From Candidatus Multivorans sp. (GTDB lineage Bacteria; Acidobacteriota; Thermoanaerobaculia; Multivoradales; Multivoraceae): a stretch of 64,000 nt of DNA. Every line of letters begins with the position of its first letter. Position 1 is the first letter of the stretch. The position numbers were made by a program, and so were the translations under genes. Shown here piece by piece: positions 1 to 9,855 of the stretch. Location of the stretch: assembly GCA_965220845.1 (NCBI GenBank), contig CBDCRA010000005.1, positions 16 to 64,015 of the forward strand, given 5' to 3'. Under the pieces are notes generated by a model. The model was not told where the DNA came from and did not search any database. It saw nothing but the letters and a program-made list of their open reading frames with translations.

Positions 1-43
1 GAGACGACCGTCGAGTTGACCCTCTACGCAGGAGAGATCGTCC

Positions 44-1864
44 ATGAGAACTAGAGACCGGGTCGCCACTGGGTGCGCCGGCGCCCCCGCCGGCTGCCGC
101 CGCAGGCGGCCAGAGGAACGCGCCGGCCGCAAGGCCGGCATCCGCTTTGTCCTCCTCACCCTCGTCGCGATCGTCTCCCAGCCCGCCGTTGCCCAGTTCC
201 AGGCCGGCGAACCGGCGCCGTCGCGCAACGACCCGGCCGACACGATCCTCGACGGCGGCCAGGTCTACACGCCCGGCGGCTGGGCGGAGTCGATCGCGAT
301 TCGCGACGGCGTCATCGTCGCGGTCGGCGACAGCGCCTCCGTCGCCGCGTTCCGCACCGACTCGACGGACGTGATCGACCTGGCGGGCCGGACCGTCTTC
401 CCCGGCTTCCACGACGTCCACGTCCATCCGCTGATCGCCGGCATGCAGGAGTTCTCCTGCCGCCTGCCTCCGGGGGCGACGCCGGACATCATCGCGGAGT
501 CGGTCGGCGACTGCGCCTCCCGGGCCGAGCCGGGAGAGTGGATCAACGGCGGCAACTGGGTGGCGGCGGTGTTCGAGCCTGGCCAGCAGACCAGGCAGTT
601 CCTGGACGCGGTGGCGCCGGACAACCCGGTCTTCCTGTACGACGAGTCCCACCACAGCGTCTGGGTCAACACGAAGGCCCTGGAAGTCGCCGGCATCGAC
701 CGCGACACGCCGGATCCGGAGGGCGGCATCATCGAGCGCGGCCCGGACGGCAAGCCGAACGGCCTGCTGCGCGAGACGGCCAACGCCATGGTGGCGTCCG
801 TGATCCCTCCCGCCTCGGACGCGCGGAAGATGGAGGGCATGAAGATCGCGACCGACGAGATGCTGGCCCACGGCATTACCTCGTTCACGGTGGCCTACGC
901 GAACTCCTGGCAACTCGGCGCGCTGGCTCGACTGGCGCGCGAGGGCACGTTGAAGCAGCGGGTGCGGGCCTGCGTCGCCTGGGGGCACGACCCGGCCCAG
1001 GCCTATGCCGCCGAGTCCCAGCTCGCGATCCGGGCGACCTACGAGAGTGTGCGCCTGAAGGTCGACTGCGTGAAGATCATGCTGGACGGGGTGCCGACGG
1101 AGAGCCACACCGCGTCGATGCTCGCGCCCTACGAGGACACGACCGGTGCGGACGATCCGCGGCCGAAGCTCGGGCTGCTCCTGGTTCCGCAGGAAGCGCT
1201 GAACGATGCCGTGACGGCCTTCGACCGCCAGGGTCTGCACGTGAAGATGCACGCCGCCGGCGACGGCGCGGTGCGGGCCGCGATCGACGCGGTCGCGGCC
1301 GCCCGGGAACGGAACGGCTTCGGCGGCCCGATGCACGATGTCGCCCACAGCACCTTCGCCGACCCGGCCGACATTCCCAGGCCGCGCGAGCTCGGCATGG
1401 CGTGGGAGTTCTCGCCCTACATCTGGTTCCCCACGCCGATGGCCGCGATCGACATCCGCAAGGCCGTCGGCGACGAGCGGATGAAGCGCTGGGTGCCGAT
1501 CCGGGACGCCCTCGAAACCGGCGCCCTGGTCGCGGCCGGCTCGGACTGGCCGGTCGTGCCCCTGGTCGACCCGTGGCTCGCGGTTGAGACGATGGTGACC
1601 CGCCAGGTCCCCGGCGGCAGCGAGGAAACCCTCGGCCTCCAGGAGCAGGTGACGCTGGAGGACGCGCTGCGCATCCTGACCTGGAACGGTGCCCGCCTGA
1701 TGGGCCAGGGCGACAAGGTCGGCACGATCGAGGTCGGCAAGGAGGCGGACCTCGTCGTCACGTCGCAGAACCCGTTCGATGTCGAGCCGACGGCGGTCCA
1801 CCGGACGAAGGTGGAGATGACGTTCATCGCGGGTGAGAGGGTGTACGCGGCCGGTGCGAACTAG
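44..1864 (+). CDS. Amidohydrolase-family metal-dependent hydrolase (amidohydrolase_3-like), secreted
   Basis: 606-aa ORF. HxH metal-binding motif (HDVHVHPL) and GSDWPV near the C-terminus. The hydrophobic signal-like segment (FVLLTLVAIVSQPAVAQ) follows an Arg-rich leader that is encoded by a REP-like repeat at 66-145. Confidence 0.75.
   Translation: MRTRDRVATGCAGAPAGCRRRRPEERAGRKAGIRFVLLTLVAIVSQPAVAQFQAGEPAPSRNDPADTILDGGQVYTPGGWAESIAIRDGVIVAVGDSASVAAFRTDSTDVIDLAGRTVFPGFHDVHVHPLIAGMQEFSCRLPPGATPDIIAESVGDCASRAEPGEWINGGNWVAAVFEPGQQTRQFLDAVAPDNPVFLYDESHHSVWVNTKALEVAGIDRDTPDPEGGIIERGPDGKPNGLLRETANAMVASVIPPASDARKMEGMKIATDEMLAHGITSFTVAYANSWQLGALARLAREGTLKQRVRACVAWGHDPAQAYAAESQLAIRATYESVRLKVDCVKIMLDGVPTESHTASMLAPYEDTTGADDPRPKLGLLLVPQEALNDAVTAFDRQGLHVKMHAAGDGAVRAAIDAVAAARERNGFGGPMHDVAHSTFADPADIPRPRELGMAWEFSPYIWFPTPMAAIDIRKAVGDERMKRWVPIRDALETGALVAAGSDWPVVPLVDPWLAVETMVTRQVPGGSEETLGLQEQVTLEDALRILTWNGARLMGQGDKVGTIEVGKEADLVVTSQNPFDVEPTAVHRTKVEMTFIAGERVYAAGAN
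66..145 (+). repeat. REP-like repeat type A (about 80 nt; CACTGGGTGCGCCGGCGCCCCCGCCGGCTGCCGCC...CGCGCCGGCCGCAAGGC)
   Basis: Near-identical copy at 35789-35865. Related half-copies at 31181-31255. Contains a GCCGGC palindrome (hairpin potential). Confidence 0.8.
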
Positions 1865-1885
1865 GAGCAACGCCGGCGGCAGACG

Positions 1886-1911
1886 CTGGGTGCGCGGGTC
1901 TTCTGACCCGC
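1886..1911 (+). repeat. REP-like repeat type B (CTGGGTGCGCGGGTCTTCTGACCCGC) with hairpin GCGGGTC-TTCT-GACCCGC
   Basis: Same unit recurs at 1994-2019 (inverted), 27870-27911 (variant), and 30173-30198 / 30221-30246 (tandem). Shares the CTGGGTGCGC core with type A. Confidence 0.8.
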
Positions 1912-1973
1912 CCGCCGGTCCTGGCGCCGCGGAGCGGCGCAGGCCGGGGAGACTGTCGGCCTTCGGCCGGCGC

Positions 1974-3419
1974 TTGGTCCGCCTCCGGCGGAAGCGGGTC
2001 AGAAGACCCGCGCACCCAGTGGGAAGCGTCCTGCTTCTGTTCCTTGCCGCCCCCGTCGCGGCCGCCGAACCGGACGCGCGCGCCCTGTACCGCCTCCACT
2101 GCGGCGGCTGCCACGGGCAGGCGCTCGAGGGCGGACTCGCGGAGCCGCTGATCAAGTCGGACTGGCGCTTCGGCCGGGACGGCTTCTCGGTCGAGAGCAA
2201 CATCCGCCACGGCATCCCGGGCACGGACATGCCGGGCTACCTCGGCGAGCTCTCGGACGAGGAGATGTCGGCCCTGGTCGAGCTGATCTACAGCCTGCAG
2301 ACGGAGCCGATCTGGATCGCCAGGCCGCTGCCGTCCGCGGTGGAGACCGAGCACTACACCCTGCGGGTCGAGTACCTGGCCACCGACGAACTGGAGAACC
2401 CCTGGGGCATCGAGTTCACCGGGCCGTCGGAGGGGCTGATCTCGGAGGACGCGGGCTACCTGCTTCGGTACCGGGACGGCAGGGTCGACCCGGAGCGGAT
2501 CACCGGACTGCCGCCGGTCGACCTCGCGACCTCGACCGGCGGGCTGATGGACATCGCGCTCGACCCGGACCACGCGGAGAACGGCTGGGTCTACGCGGCG
2601 ATCAGCCACTCGGAAGACCCGAACGACCGCTACGCCCCGGGGCTGACCCGGATCATCCGCGGCCGCGTCGACGGCAACCGCTGGCTGGACACGGAGTACC
2701 TGTTCCGGCTCGATCCCGGGTACCACCTGCCCGACAGCAAGCACTGGGGCGGCCGCCTGCTCTTCGACCGCGAAGGCCTCCTGTACTTCTCGATCGGCGA
2801 CATGAGCGCGGCGATGAACTCGCAGGACGCCGCCATGCCCTCGGGCAAGGTCTTCCGCATCCGCCCGGACGGCGGCATCCCGGAGGACAACCCCTTCGCC
2901 GGCGAGGACGGAGCGCTCGGCGCGGTGTTCACGCTCGGCAACCGGAACGTCCAGGGCATGGCCCAGCACCCGGAGACCGGCGCGATCTGGGCCGCCGAGC
3001 ACGGCCCGCGCGGCGGCGACGAGCTGAACCTCCTCGCTCCGGGCGGGAACTACGGCTGGCCGGTCGTCACGTTCGGCGTCAACTACGACGGCTCGGTGAT
3101 CAGCGACCGGACGCACGCCGACGGCATCGTGCCGCCCGTCGTCGAGTGGACGCCGGGGCTCGCCGTCGGCCCGATCGAGTTCGTGTCGAGCCCCGGCTTC
3201 GAGCAGTGGCGAGGCGACCTGCTGGTCGGGTCGCTCTCCTTCGAGGAACTCCGCCGCCTGGAGATCGACGGCGGCCGCGTCACCCGCCAGGAGCTTCTGT
3301 TCAAGGGCCACGGCCGCATCCGCGACATCAAGACCGGCCCGGACGGCGCGCTCTACCTGCTGCTCAACAACCCCGGCGCCCTGGTACGGCTGACGACCGT
3401 AGGATCGGCGGCCAGATGA
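1974..3419 (+). CDS. Cytochrome c domain fused to a PQQ-dependent soluble sugar (glucose/sorbosone) dehydrogenase-like beta-propeller
   Basis: CGGCHG heme-binding motif (LYRLHCGGCHGQ) followed by SGDH/YliI-like propeller motifs (GLLYFSIGD, NYGWP). The ORF track starts at 1833. The probable start is TTG 1974 (MVRLRRKRVRRPAHPVGSVLLLFLAAPVAAA, a good signal peptide) or GTG 2019. Confidence 0.75.
   Translation: MVRLRRKRVRRPAHPVGSVLLLFLAAPVAAAEPDARALYRLHCGGCHGQALEGGLAEPLIKSDWRFGRDGFSVESNIRHGIPGTDMPGYLGELSDEEMSALVELIYSLQTEPIWIARPLPSAVETEHYTLRVEYLATDELENPWGIEFTGPSEGLISEDAGYLLRYRDGRVDPERITGLPPVDLATSTGGLMDIALDPDHAENGWVYAAISHSEDPNDRYAPGLTRIIRGRVDGNRWLDTEYLFRLDPGYHLPDSKHWGGRLLFDREGLLYFSIGDMSAAMNSQDAAMPSGKVFRIRPDGGIPEDNPFAGEDGALGAVFTLGNRNVQGMAQHPETGAIWAAEHGPRGGDELNLLAPGGNYGWPVVTFGVNYDGSVISDRTHADGIVPPVVEWTPGLAVGPIEFVSSPGFEQWRGDLLVGSLSFEELRRLEIDGGRVTRQELLFKGHGRIRDIKTGPDGALYLLLNNPGALVRLTTVGSAAR
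1994..2019 (-). repeat. REP-like repeat type B, inverted copy
   Basis: GCGGGTCAGAAGACCCGCGCACCCAG is the reverse complement of the 1886-1911 unit. The two copies are 80 nt apart and could form a long stem. Confidence 0.8.
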
Positions 3420-4858
3420 CCAACGATCAAGGAACACTCCGCTCAGGCGCGCTCGGCCTCTGGGGCATCGTGTTCCTGGTCGTCGGCTCGGCGGCGCCGC
3501 TGACCTCGATGATGGGCGCGGTGCCGCCGCCGCTGTCGATCGGCAACGGCATCGGCGCGCCCGGCGCCTGGGTGCTGACCGGTCTCGTGCTGACCCTGTT
3601 CGCGGTCGGCTACGCGACGATGAGCCGGTTCGTGACGAACGCCGGCGCCTTCTACGCCTACATCGCGCGCGGCCTGGGGCGGCCGGCGGGCCTGGGCGGC
3701 GCGCTGGTCGCGGTCCTCTCGTACAACACGATCCAGTGCGCGCTGTGGGGGCTGTTCGGCTTCTTCTCCGTGAACATCCTGAACCCCAAGCTGGGCGTCG
3801 ACATCTCCTGGTACTGGTGGTCCTTCGCGCTGATGGCGATCACCGCGGTGCTCGGCTACTTCGGGATCGAGCTCTCGGCCAGGGTTCTGGGCGTGCTGCT
3901 GATCCTCGAGGTCCTGGTCCTCGTCGTGCTCGACGTCGCCATCGTGTTCACCGGCGGCGCGAGCGGCCTCCAGCTCAACTCCTTCAACCCGGCCGAGATC
4001 TTCTCGGGAGCACCGGGGGTGACCTTCGTCTTTGCCTTCGCTACCTTCGTCGGCTTCGAGGCGACCGCGATCTACGGCGAGGAGACCCGGGATCCGAAGC
4101 GCACCGTGCCGCGGGCGACCTACGTCGCGGTGGCGATCATCACCGTGTTCTACGCGCTGACCTCCTGGTCGATCGTCCAGGCCTACGGCGAGGACGAGGT
4201 CGTCGCCGCGGCGACCGGGAACCCGGACGGGCTGTTCCTGGACGCGAGCGCGAGCTACGTCCACCCGCTGTCGGCGAGCGTGATGGAGTGGCTGATCCTC
4301 ACCTCGATCTTCGCCGCGCTGCTCGCCTTCCACAACGCGGCCGCGCGCTACTTCTTCGCGATGGCCCGGGAGGGACTGCTGCCGCGCGCGATCGCCCGCA
4401 CCCACCCGCGCTACGGTTCGCCGTACCTCGCCGGCATCCTGCAGGCCGGGGTCGCCTTCGTCATCACCCTGGTGTTCGTGCTTGCGGGCCTCGATCCGTA
4501 CGCCGGCCTGTTCGCCTGGCTGAGCGGCATCGCGGCGCTGGGGATCATCGGTCTGCAGTGCCTGACCTCGCTCTCCGTCATCGCGTTCTTCCGGCGGACG
4601 GGCCTGGACGCGCGGCCGTGGCAGACGAAGGTGGCGCCGGGCCTGGGCGCGCTCGGCCTGGCGGCGGCGATGGTCTTCGTCGTCGTCAACTGGGACGCGC
4701 TGACCGGGGCGAGCACCGGCCTGGTCGGCTCGCTGTGGGCCGCGGTGCCGTTGTTCTTCCTCGCCGGCATCGCCTGGGCCGCCGCCATCCGCCGGCGCGA
4801 CGCCGAGGCCTACGAACGCCTGGGCCACTTCATCGACGAATCAACGGACGCGGCCTAG
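3416..4858 (+). CDS. APC-family amino acid/amine permease
   Basis: 480 aa from ATG 3416 (MTNDQGTLRSGALGLWGIVFLVVGSAAPL). About 12 predicted TM segments, typical APC architecture. The 3146 start in the track is an out-of-frame overlap with the upstream gene. Confidence 0.8.
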   Translation: MTNDQGTLRSGALGLWGIVFLVVGSAAPLTSMMGAVPPPLSIGNGIGAPGAWVLTGLVLTLFAVGYATMSRFVTNAGAFYAYIARGLGRPAGLGGALVAVLSYNTIQCALWGLFGFFSVNILNPKLGVDISWYWWSFALMAITAVLGYFGIELSARVLGVLLILEVLVLVVLDVAIVFTGGASGLQLNSFNPAEIFSGAPGVTFVFAFATFVGFEATAIYGEETRDPKRTVPRATYVAVAIITVFYALTSWSIVQAYGEDEVVAAATGNPDGLFLDASASYVHPLSASVMEWLILTSIFAALLAFHNAAARYFFAMAREGLLPRAIARTHPRYGSPYLAGILQAGVAFVITLVFVLAGLDPYAGLFAWLSGIAALGIIGLQCLTSLSVIAFFRRTGLDARPWQTKVAPGLGALGLAAAMVFVVVNWDALTGASTGLVGSLWAAVPLFFLAGIAWAAAIRRRDAEAYERLGHFIDESTDAA

Positions 4859-4886
4859 GGAGCCGCGACGTCAACAGGGGTCGAAC

Positions 4887-6203
4887 ATGAGCGACATCGA
4901 ACGGCTGACGGAGCAGGGCGCCAGGACGCTGCGGGTGATGTATCCCGATCTCCACGGGATCGCCCGCGGCAAGGACCTGGTGCTTGCCGACGCCGGCCAC
5001 GAGATCGAGGACGGCGTCGCCTTCTGCTCGGCGATCATGACGACGGACCTCGCCCATACGCCGGTGATGGGCGGCGAGATCGGCTACCCGGACTTCTTCG
5101 CCCGGCCCGACCTCTCGACCGCCGCGGTGCTGCCCTGGGCGCCGGACATCGCGGCCTGCCTGGTCGACCTGGTCGACGAGGAGGGCAATCCCCATCCGTT
5201 CGACCCGCGCGGCGCGGTGCGCCGGGCCGCGGACGGTCTGGCCGAACTCGGCCTGGCGCCGATCGTGGGCCCGGAGCTCGAGTTCTTCCTGTTCAAACCG
5301 GACGACGGCGCGCCGGAAGGCGCCGTCCGCTACGTCGACACGCTGTCGCGGGTCTACACCGTCGGCGCCGAGAGCGACCCGGGCGGCATCTCCGGCCGGA
5401 TGCTCCACGCCTGCGCCGGAATGGGTCTGGGCGCCTACGCCGCGAACCACGAGTTCATGAACTCGCAGTACGAGATCAACCTGCGCCACGGCCCCGCCCT
5501 GGACGCCGCCGACCGCGGGTTCCGGCTCAAGGCGACGGTCAAGGAAATGGCGGTGCTGGAGGAGATGCGCGCCACCTTCATGGGCCGGCCCTTCAACGAC
5601 CAGGGCGGCTCGGGACTCCACCTCCACGTGTCGCTTCAGGACGGCGACGGCGCCAACCGGATCGGCGATCCGGCGGGACCGAACGGCCTGAGCGCCGCCG
5701 CGCTCTCCTTCATCGCCGGAGTGCTGGAGCACGCCGGGGCGCTGATGGCTTTTCTCAATCCGACGGTCAACGCGTTCAAGCGGATCGCCCCCGACTCGCT
5801 GGCGCCGATCAACGTGTCCTGGGGGCTCGACAACCGGACGACCTTCGTCCGCGTGCCGCCCGAGCGCGGCAAGGCCGCCCGCCTGGAGATCCGCGTCGGC
5901 GACGGGACGGCGAACTGCCACCTGGCGATCGCCGCCCTGCTTCAGGCCGGCCTCGACGGCGTGCGCCGGAAGCTCGAAGCGCCCGAGCCGACCGCGGGCG
6001 ACGCCTACCGGCGGGAGGATCTTCCGCCGCTGCCGGGTTCCCTCGATCAGGCCCTCGACGCGCTGGAGGCCGACGAAACGCTGTGCGACGGCGTGGGCCG
6101 CGAGATCGTCGACGCCTTCCTGACTCTCAAGCGCTTCGAGCTCGAGCGTTACCACGGTTGGGTGACCGACTGGGAGCGCAACGAGTACCGGATTCAGTTG
6201 TAG
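4887..6203 (+). CDS. Glutamine synthetase-like gamma-glutamyl-amine ligase (GlnA3/PuuA/IpuC-like)
   Basis: 438 aa. GS catalytic-domain motifs (GSGLHLHVSL, NAFKRIAPDS, VRVPPERG..RLEIRVGD). Lacks the GlnA adenylylation loop. Confidence 0.8.
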   Translation: MSDIERLTEQGARTLRVMYPDLHGIARGKDLVLADAGHEIEDGVAFCSAIMTTDLAHTPVMGGEIGYPDFFARPDLSTAAVLPWAPDIAACLVDLVDEEGNPHPFDPRGAVRRAADGLAELGLAPIVGPELEFFLFKPDDGAPEGAVRYVDTLSRVYTVGAESDPGGISGRMLHACAGMGLGAYAANHEFMNSQYEINLRHGPALDAADRGFRLKATVKEMAVLEEMRATFMGRPFNDQGGSGLHLHVSLQDGDGANRIGDPAGPNGLSAAALSFIAGVLEHAGALMAFLNPTVNAFKRIAPDSLAPINVSWGLDNRTTFVRVPPERGKAARLEIRVGDGTANCHLAIAALLQAGLDGVRRKLEAPEPTAGDAYRREDLPPLPGSLDQALDALEADETLCDGVGREIVDAFLTLKRFELERYHGWVTDWERNEYRIQL

Positions 6204-6217
6204 GAGTCGGCGGGCCC

Positions 6218-7468
6218 GTGGCGCACGCAGCCAACCTCCCTGCCGTGGCCGGGATCGACCTCTGCGATCACGACCGGTTCGCGCGGGGCGTGCCGCACGA
6301 GTGGTTCGCGCGGCTGCGGGCGGAGGCGCCGGTGTACTGGCAGCCGGAGCCGAAGGGCCCGGGCTTCTGGTCCATCACGCGGCACGAGGACGTCGTCCGC
6401 GTCTCGAAGGATCCCAAGCGGTTCTCGTCCGAAGTCGGCGGCACGTCGCTCGAGGACCTGGAGCCGGAGCACGTCGAGGCGCGCAAGTCGATGATCGACA
6501 TGGACCCGCCGCGCCACTACAAGCTGCGCGCCCTGATCAACAAGCGCTTCCTGCCGCGGGCGCTGAAGGCCTTCTCGGGCCACATTCGGCAACTGTTCCG
6601 GGGCATTCTCGAGTCGGCGATCGCCCGGGGCGACTTCGACTTCGTCGACGACGTGGCGGTCGAGCTGCCGATGCGGGTGTTCGCCGAGATGCTGGGCGCG
6701 CCCCAGGAGGACCGGCGGCTCATCGTCGACATCGGCAACCGGATCCTCGGCGCGACCGACCCGGAGTACGTCGACGACTACGAGACGGAGCGGGAGCGCT
6801 TCAAGCACCTGCCGTTCTCGAGCCCGGCCAGCCTGGAGATGTTCGAGTACGGGCGCAAGCTGGCGGCCGCGCGGCGCGCCGAACCGCGCGACGACATCGT
6901 GACCGACCTGGTGTTCGCGGAGGTCGACGGCGAGCCGCTGACGCCGCACGAGTTCGACCTGTACTTCCTGCTGCTGGCGGCGGCCGGCAACGAGACGACC
7001 CGCCACTCGCTGTCGGGCGGCATACACGAGCTGCTGCGCCACCCCGACCAGGCGGAGCGCGTCGTCGCCGGCGACGAGGATCTGGCGACCACGGCCGCCG
7101 ACGAGATCCTGCGGATGGTGACGGCGGTTCACCACTTCCGGCGCACGGCGACCGAGGACGTCGAGATGCGCGGCGAGGTCATCCGCGCCGGCGACAAGGT
7201 CGCGATGTGGTACACGAGCGCCAACCGGGACGAGGACGTGTTCGAGGATCCCCACCGTTTCGATGTCGGCCGCAGGCCGAATCGGCACCTGACCTTCGGC
7301 ATCGGGCCGCACTTCTGCCTCGGCGCGTACCTGGCGAGGCTTGAGATCAGGATCGCGCTGGAGGAGCTGCGGCCGCATCTCGGTCGGCTCGAACTGGTCT
7401 CGGAGCCGGAGCGTCTGCGCTCGAACTTCTTCAACGGCATCAAGCACATGGGGGTTCGCCACCGGTGA
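6218..7468 (+). CDS. Cytochrome P450 monooxygenase
   Basis: Heme-thiolate signature FGIGPHFCLGAYLA, EXXR (ELLRH) and I-helix AGNETT. Probable GTG start at 6218, just after the GS-like stop. The track start at 6083 overlaps the upstream gene. Confidence 0.85.
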   Translation: MAHAANLPAVAGIDLCDHDRFARGVPHEWFARLRAEAPVYWQPEPKGPGFWSITRHEDVVRVSKDPKRFSSEVGGTSLEDLEPEHVEARKSMIDMDPPRHYKLRALINKRFLPRALKAFSGHIRQLFRGILESAIARGDFDFVDDVAVELPMRVFAEMLGAPQEDRRLIVDIGNRILGATDPEYVDDYETERERFKHLPFSSPASLEMFEYGRKLAAARRAEPRDDIVTDLVFAEVDGEPLTPHEFDLYFLLLAAAGNETTRHSLSGGIHELLRHPDQAERVVAGDEDLATTAADEILRMVTAVHHFRRTATEDVEMRGEVIRAGDKVAMWYTSANRDEDVFEDPHRFDVGRRPNRHLTFGIGPHFCLGAYLARLEIRIALEELRPHLGRLELVSEPERLRSNFFNGIKHMGVRHR

Positions 7469-8250
7469 GCGGAGGCGTTGCGGACAACCTGGGGCGCGGG
7501 CACAGGCCGCGGATCGGCGTCGTCGGCGACGTCCGGGACGCGATCATCGGTCCGTGGGACGAGGTCGTCTCGATGGTCCCGCACGACTACGTGTCGGCCA
7601 TTGCCGCCGCAGGCGGCGCGCCGGTCATCATCCCGAGCGTCGAGCCGTACGACGAGGACCCGGAGGCGGCGCTCGCGGGCCTCGACGGCATCGTCTTCAT
7701 GGGCGGCAAGGACTTCGATGCGAAGATCTATGGCGCGGAGCCGCACCCGGAGAATGACGAGCACGACGAGATGCGCGACCAGGTCGAGCTGGCGATCGGC
7801 CGCGCCGCGCTCAGGCGCCGGATGCCGATTCTGGGAATCTGCCGGGGCTTCCAGCTCCTGAACCTCCTCTACGGCGGCGACCTGGAACAGCACCTCGGCG
7901 ACCGGCTCGACATGAAGCCGCACCGCGACGTGCTGGGCGAGTTCACGCGGCACATGGTGACGATCGAGCCGGGGACGCACCTGGCGGCCGCGATGGAGGC
8001 GGGCGGCTCGCGTCTGCAGGCGGGGGACGTCGAGATCGCATCGCACCACCACCAGGGCGCCGGCCGGCTGGGGGAGGGCCTGCGGGTGGCCGCCACCGCG
8101 CCGGACGGCGTGATCGAGGCGCTCGAGGATCCCCGGCTTCCGTTCTGTCTCGGCGTGCAGTGGCACCCCGAGGTCACCGCGCCGGAAGACGGCGGCCGCC
8201 TGTTCCGCGCCCTCGTCGACTTCTGCTCATCCCATCCATCAACGGCCTGA
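7465..8250 (+). CDS. Class I glutamine-amidotransferase-like gamma-glutamyl hydrolase (peptidase C26, PuuD/IpuF-like)
   Basis: GICRGFQLLN nucleophile-elbow Cys and HHHQG His. Overlaps the P450 stop by 4 nt (GTGA), indicating translational coupling. Confidence 0.8.
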   Translation: MSGGVADNLGRGHRPRIGVVGDVRDAIIGPWDEVVSMVPHDYVSAIAAAGGAPVIIPSVEPYDEDPEAALAGLDGIVFMGGKDFDAKIYGAEPHPENDEHDEMRDQVELAIGRAALRRRMPILGICRGFQLLNLLYGGDLEQHLGDRLDMKPHRDVLGEFTRHMVTIEPGTHLAAAMEAGGSRLQAGDVEIASHHHQGAGRLGEGLRVAATAPDGVIEALEDPRLPFCLGVQWHPEVTAPEDGGRLFRALVDFCSSHPSTA

Positions 8251-8263
8251 GGATTCAGCGCAC

Positions 8264-9067
8264 ATGCCACTCAAGGGCTACAGCGGCCCGCTCTCCGCCA
8301 GCGGACGCGGCGGTCTCGTGCCGGCGCCGCCCTGGCACTACTCCTGCGACTTCCTGATCGTCGAGTACAGCACCGATCCGGACGCCATCACGGCCCTGCT
8401 GCCGGCGGAGCTCGAACCGGCCGAGCGGCCGGACATGGCCTGCGTCATCTTCGCCGACTGGCAGTCCTGCTCCGACGACCTGCACGAGCTGGAGGACCCG
8501 ATCCAGTCCCAGTACAAGGAGTGCTTCATCGTCGTCGGCGCGACGTGGCGCGGCGAGCCGGTGTCGCGCTGCGTCTACATCTGGGTCGACAAGGACTTCG
8601 CGATGTTCCGCGGCTGGGTGCAGGGCTTCCCGAAGAAGCTCGGCTCGATCCACATGACCCGCAGCTTCGAGGTCGGCAAGGCGGCGTGCAGGCTCGCTCC
8701 CGGCACCCGCTTCGGAGCGACCTGCACCGCCAACGACCGGCAGATCGTCCGTGCCGTCGTCGAACTCGAGGGGATCAGCGAAACCGGACCGACGGTGAAC
8801 GCTCCGCCCATGTTCAACACGCGCCACTTCCCCGCCGCGGCCGGGCTCGAACCCACGGTGTTCGAGATGGTCCGGGCCGGCGGCTACGACCGGGACTCGA
8901 CCGAGATCTGGGAGGGGCCGGCCAGGCTCGCCTTCGGCGGCGACACGCTGGAGGACCTGCAGGCGATCGCGCCGCGCGAGGTGCACCGCGGTTTCCGGTT
9001 CTCCTTCGCCTATAGCGTCGACGGCGTGGAGGTCGTCGGCCCGCACGACCGGGAGCAACTGCGATGA
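8264..9067 (+). CDS. Acetoacetate-decarboxylase (ADC)-family protein
   Basis: 267 aa. The N-terminal PWHYSCDFL motif and overall pattern resemble ADC-superfamily enzymes. Confidence 0.5.
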   Translation: MPLKGYSGPLSASGRGGLVPAPPWHYSCDFLIVEYSTDPDAITALLPAELEPAERPDMACVIFADWQSCSDDLHELEDPIQSQYKECFIVVGATWRGEPVSRCVYIWVDKDFAMFRGWVQGFPKKLGSIHMTRSFEVGKAACRLAPGTRFGATCTANDRQIVRAVVELEGISETGPTVNAPPMFNTRHFPAAAGLEPTVFEMVRAGGYDRDSTEIWEGPARLAFGGDTLEDLQAIAPREVHRGFRFSFAYSVDGVEVVGPHDREQLR

Positions 9068-9855
9068 GACACGAGCGCCGCGCCGGCGACGGCGCCTGGC
9101 TGCCTCCGATCGATCCGCCGTCGAAGATCATCGGCGTCCACCTGAGCTACCGCTCGCGCTGCGTGGAGTACGAGATGGAGCGCATCCCGGAGGTGCCGTC
9201 CTACTTCATGAAGCCGACTTCCTCGCTGAGCGCCCACGAGGCGCCCGTGGCGCGGCCGCGCGGCTGCCGCTTCCTGAACTACGAGGGGGAGATCGCGGTC
9301 GTCATCGGCCGGCGGGCGACCGGCGTGCCGATCGACGAGGCGCTCGACTACGTGCGCGGCTACACGCTGGTCAACGACTTCGGCATCCACGACTTCCGGC
9401 ACGCCGACCGCGGCTCGATGCTGCGGGTCAAGGGCCAGGACGGCTTCGGGCCGATGGGGCCGGCCCTGGTCGATGCCGGCGATGTCGACCCGAACGACCT
9501 GACGCTGCGCACGCTGGTCAACGGCGAGGTGGTGCAGCAGGGGAACACCGGCGAGGACCTCCTGTTCTCGTTCGCCTACCAGATCGCCGACCTGAGCCGG
9601 CTGATCACGCTTGAACCCGGCGACGTCATCATGACCGGCACGCCGGCGAACTCGCGGCCGGTCGGGCCGGGCGACGTGGTCGAGGTGCATTGCGACGAGA
9701 TCGGCACGCTGCGCAACCCGATCGTCGAGCTGGACCGGGACCTGCAGCCGGTCGGCGAGCAGCCCGAGGTGACCGGCAACACGTTGCATGTCGCGCTCTG
9801 CGTGCCGGAGGACGAGGCCGAGGTGATGGCGGCGGCGGAGGCGGCGGGTTCGTGA
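9064..9855 (+). CDS. Fumarylacetoacetate hydrolase (FAH)-family hydratase/decarboxylase (HpaG/2-keto-4-pentenoate hydratase-like)
   Basis: 263 aa. YEGEIAVVIGR and MTGTPA motifs of the FAH fold. 4-nt overlap with the upstream gene. Confidence 0.75.
   Translation: MRHERRAGDGAWLPPIDPPSKIIGVHLSYRSRCVEYEMERIPEVPSYFMKPTSSLSAHEAPVARPRGCRFLNYEGEIAVVIGRRATGVPIDEALDYVRGYTLVNDFGIHDFRHADRGSMLRVKGQDGFGPMGPALVDAGDVDPNDLTLRTLVNGEVVQQGNTGEDLLFSFAYQIADLSRLITLEPGDVIMTGTPANSRPVGPGDVVEVHCDEIGTLRNPIVELDRDLQPVGEQPEVTGNTLHVALCVPEDEAEVMAAAEAAGS

Noticed and set aside
1824-3437. 537-aa ORF on the - strand
   Set aside because: Antisense to the cytochrome c/PQQ-dehydrogenase gene. Its Arg/Ala/Gly-rich low-complexity translation is typical of GC-rich antisense frames.
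3443-6155. Two long - strand ORFs (461 aa and 441 aa)
   Set aside because: Antisense to the permease and GS-like genes. No motifs. Arg/Asp/Gly-rich composition.
6194-7462. 422-aa - strand ORF, plus 347-aa and other + strand overlapping ORFs
   Set aside because: Overlap the P450 gene, which has clear heme-binding and EXXR motifs in the called frame.
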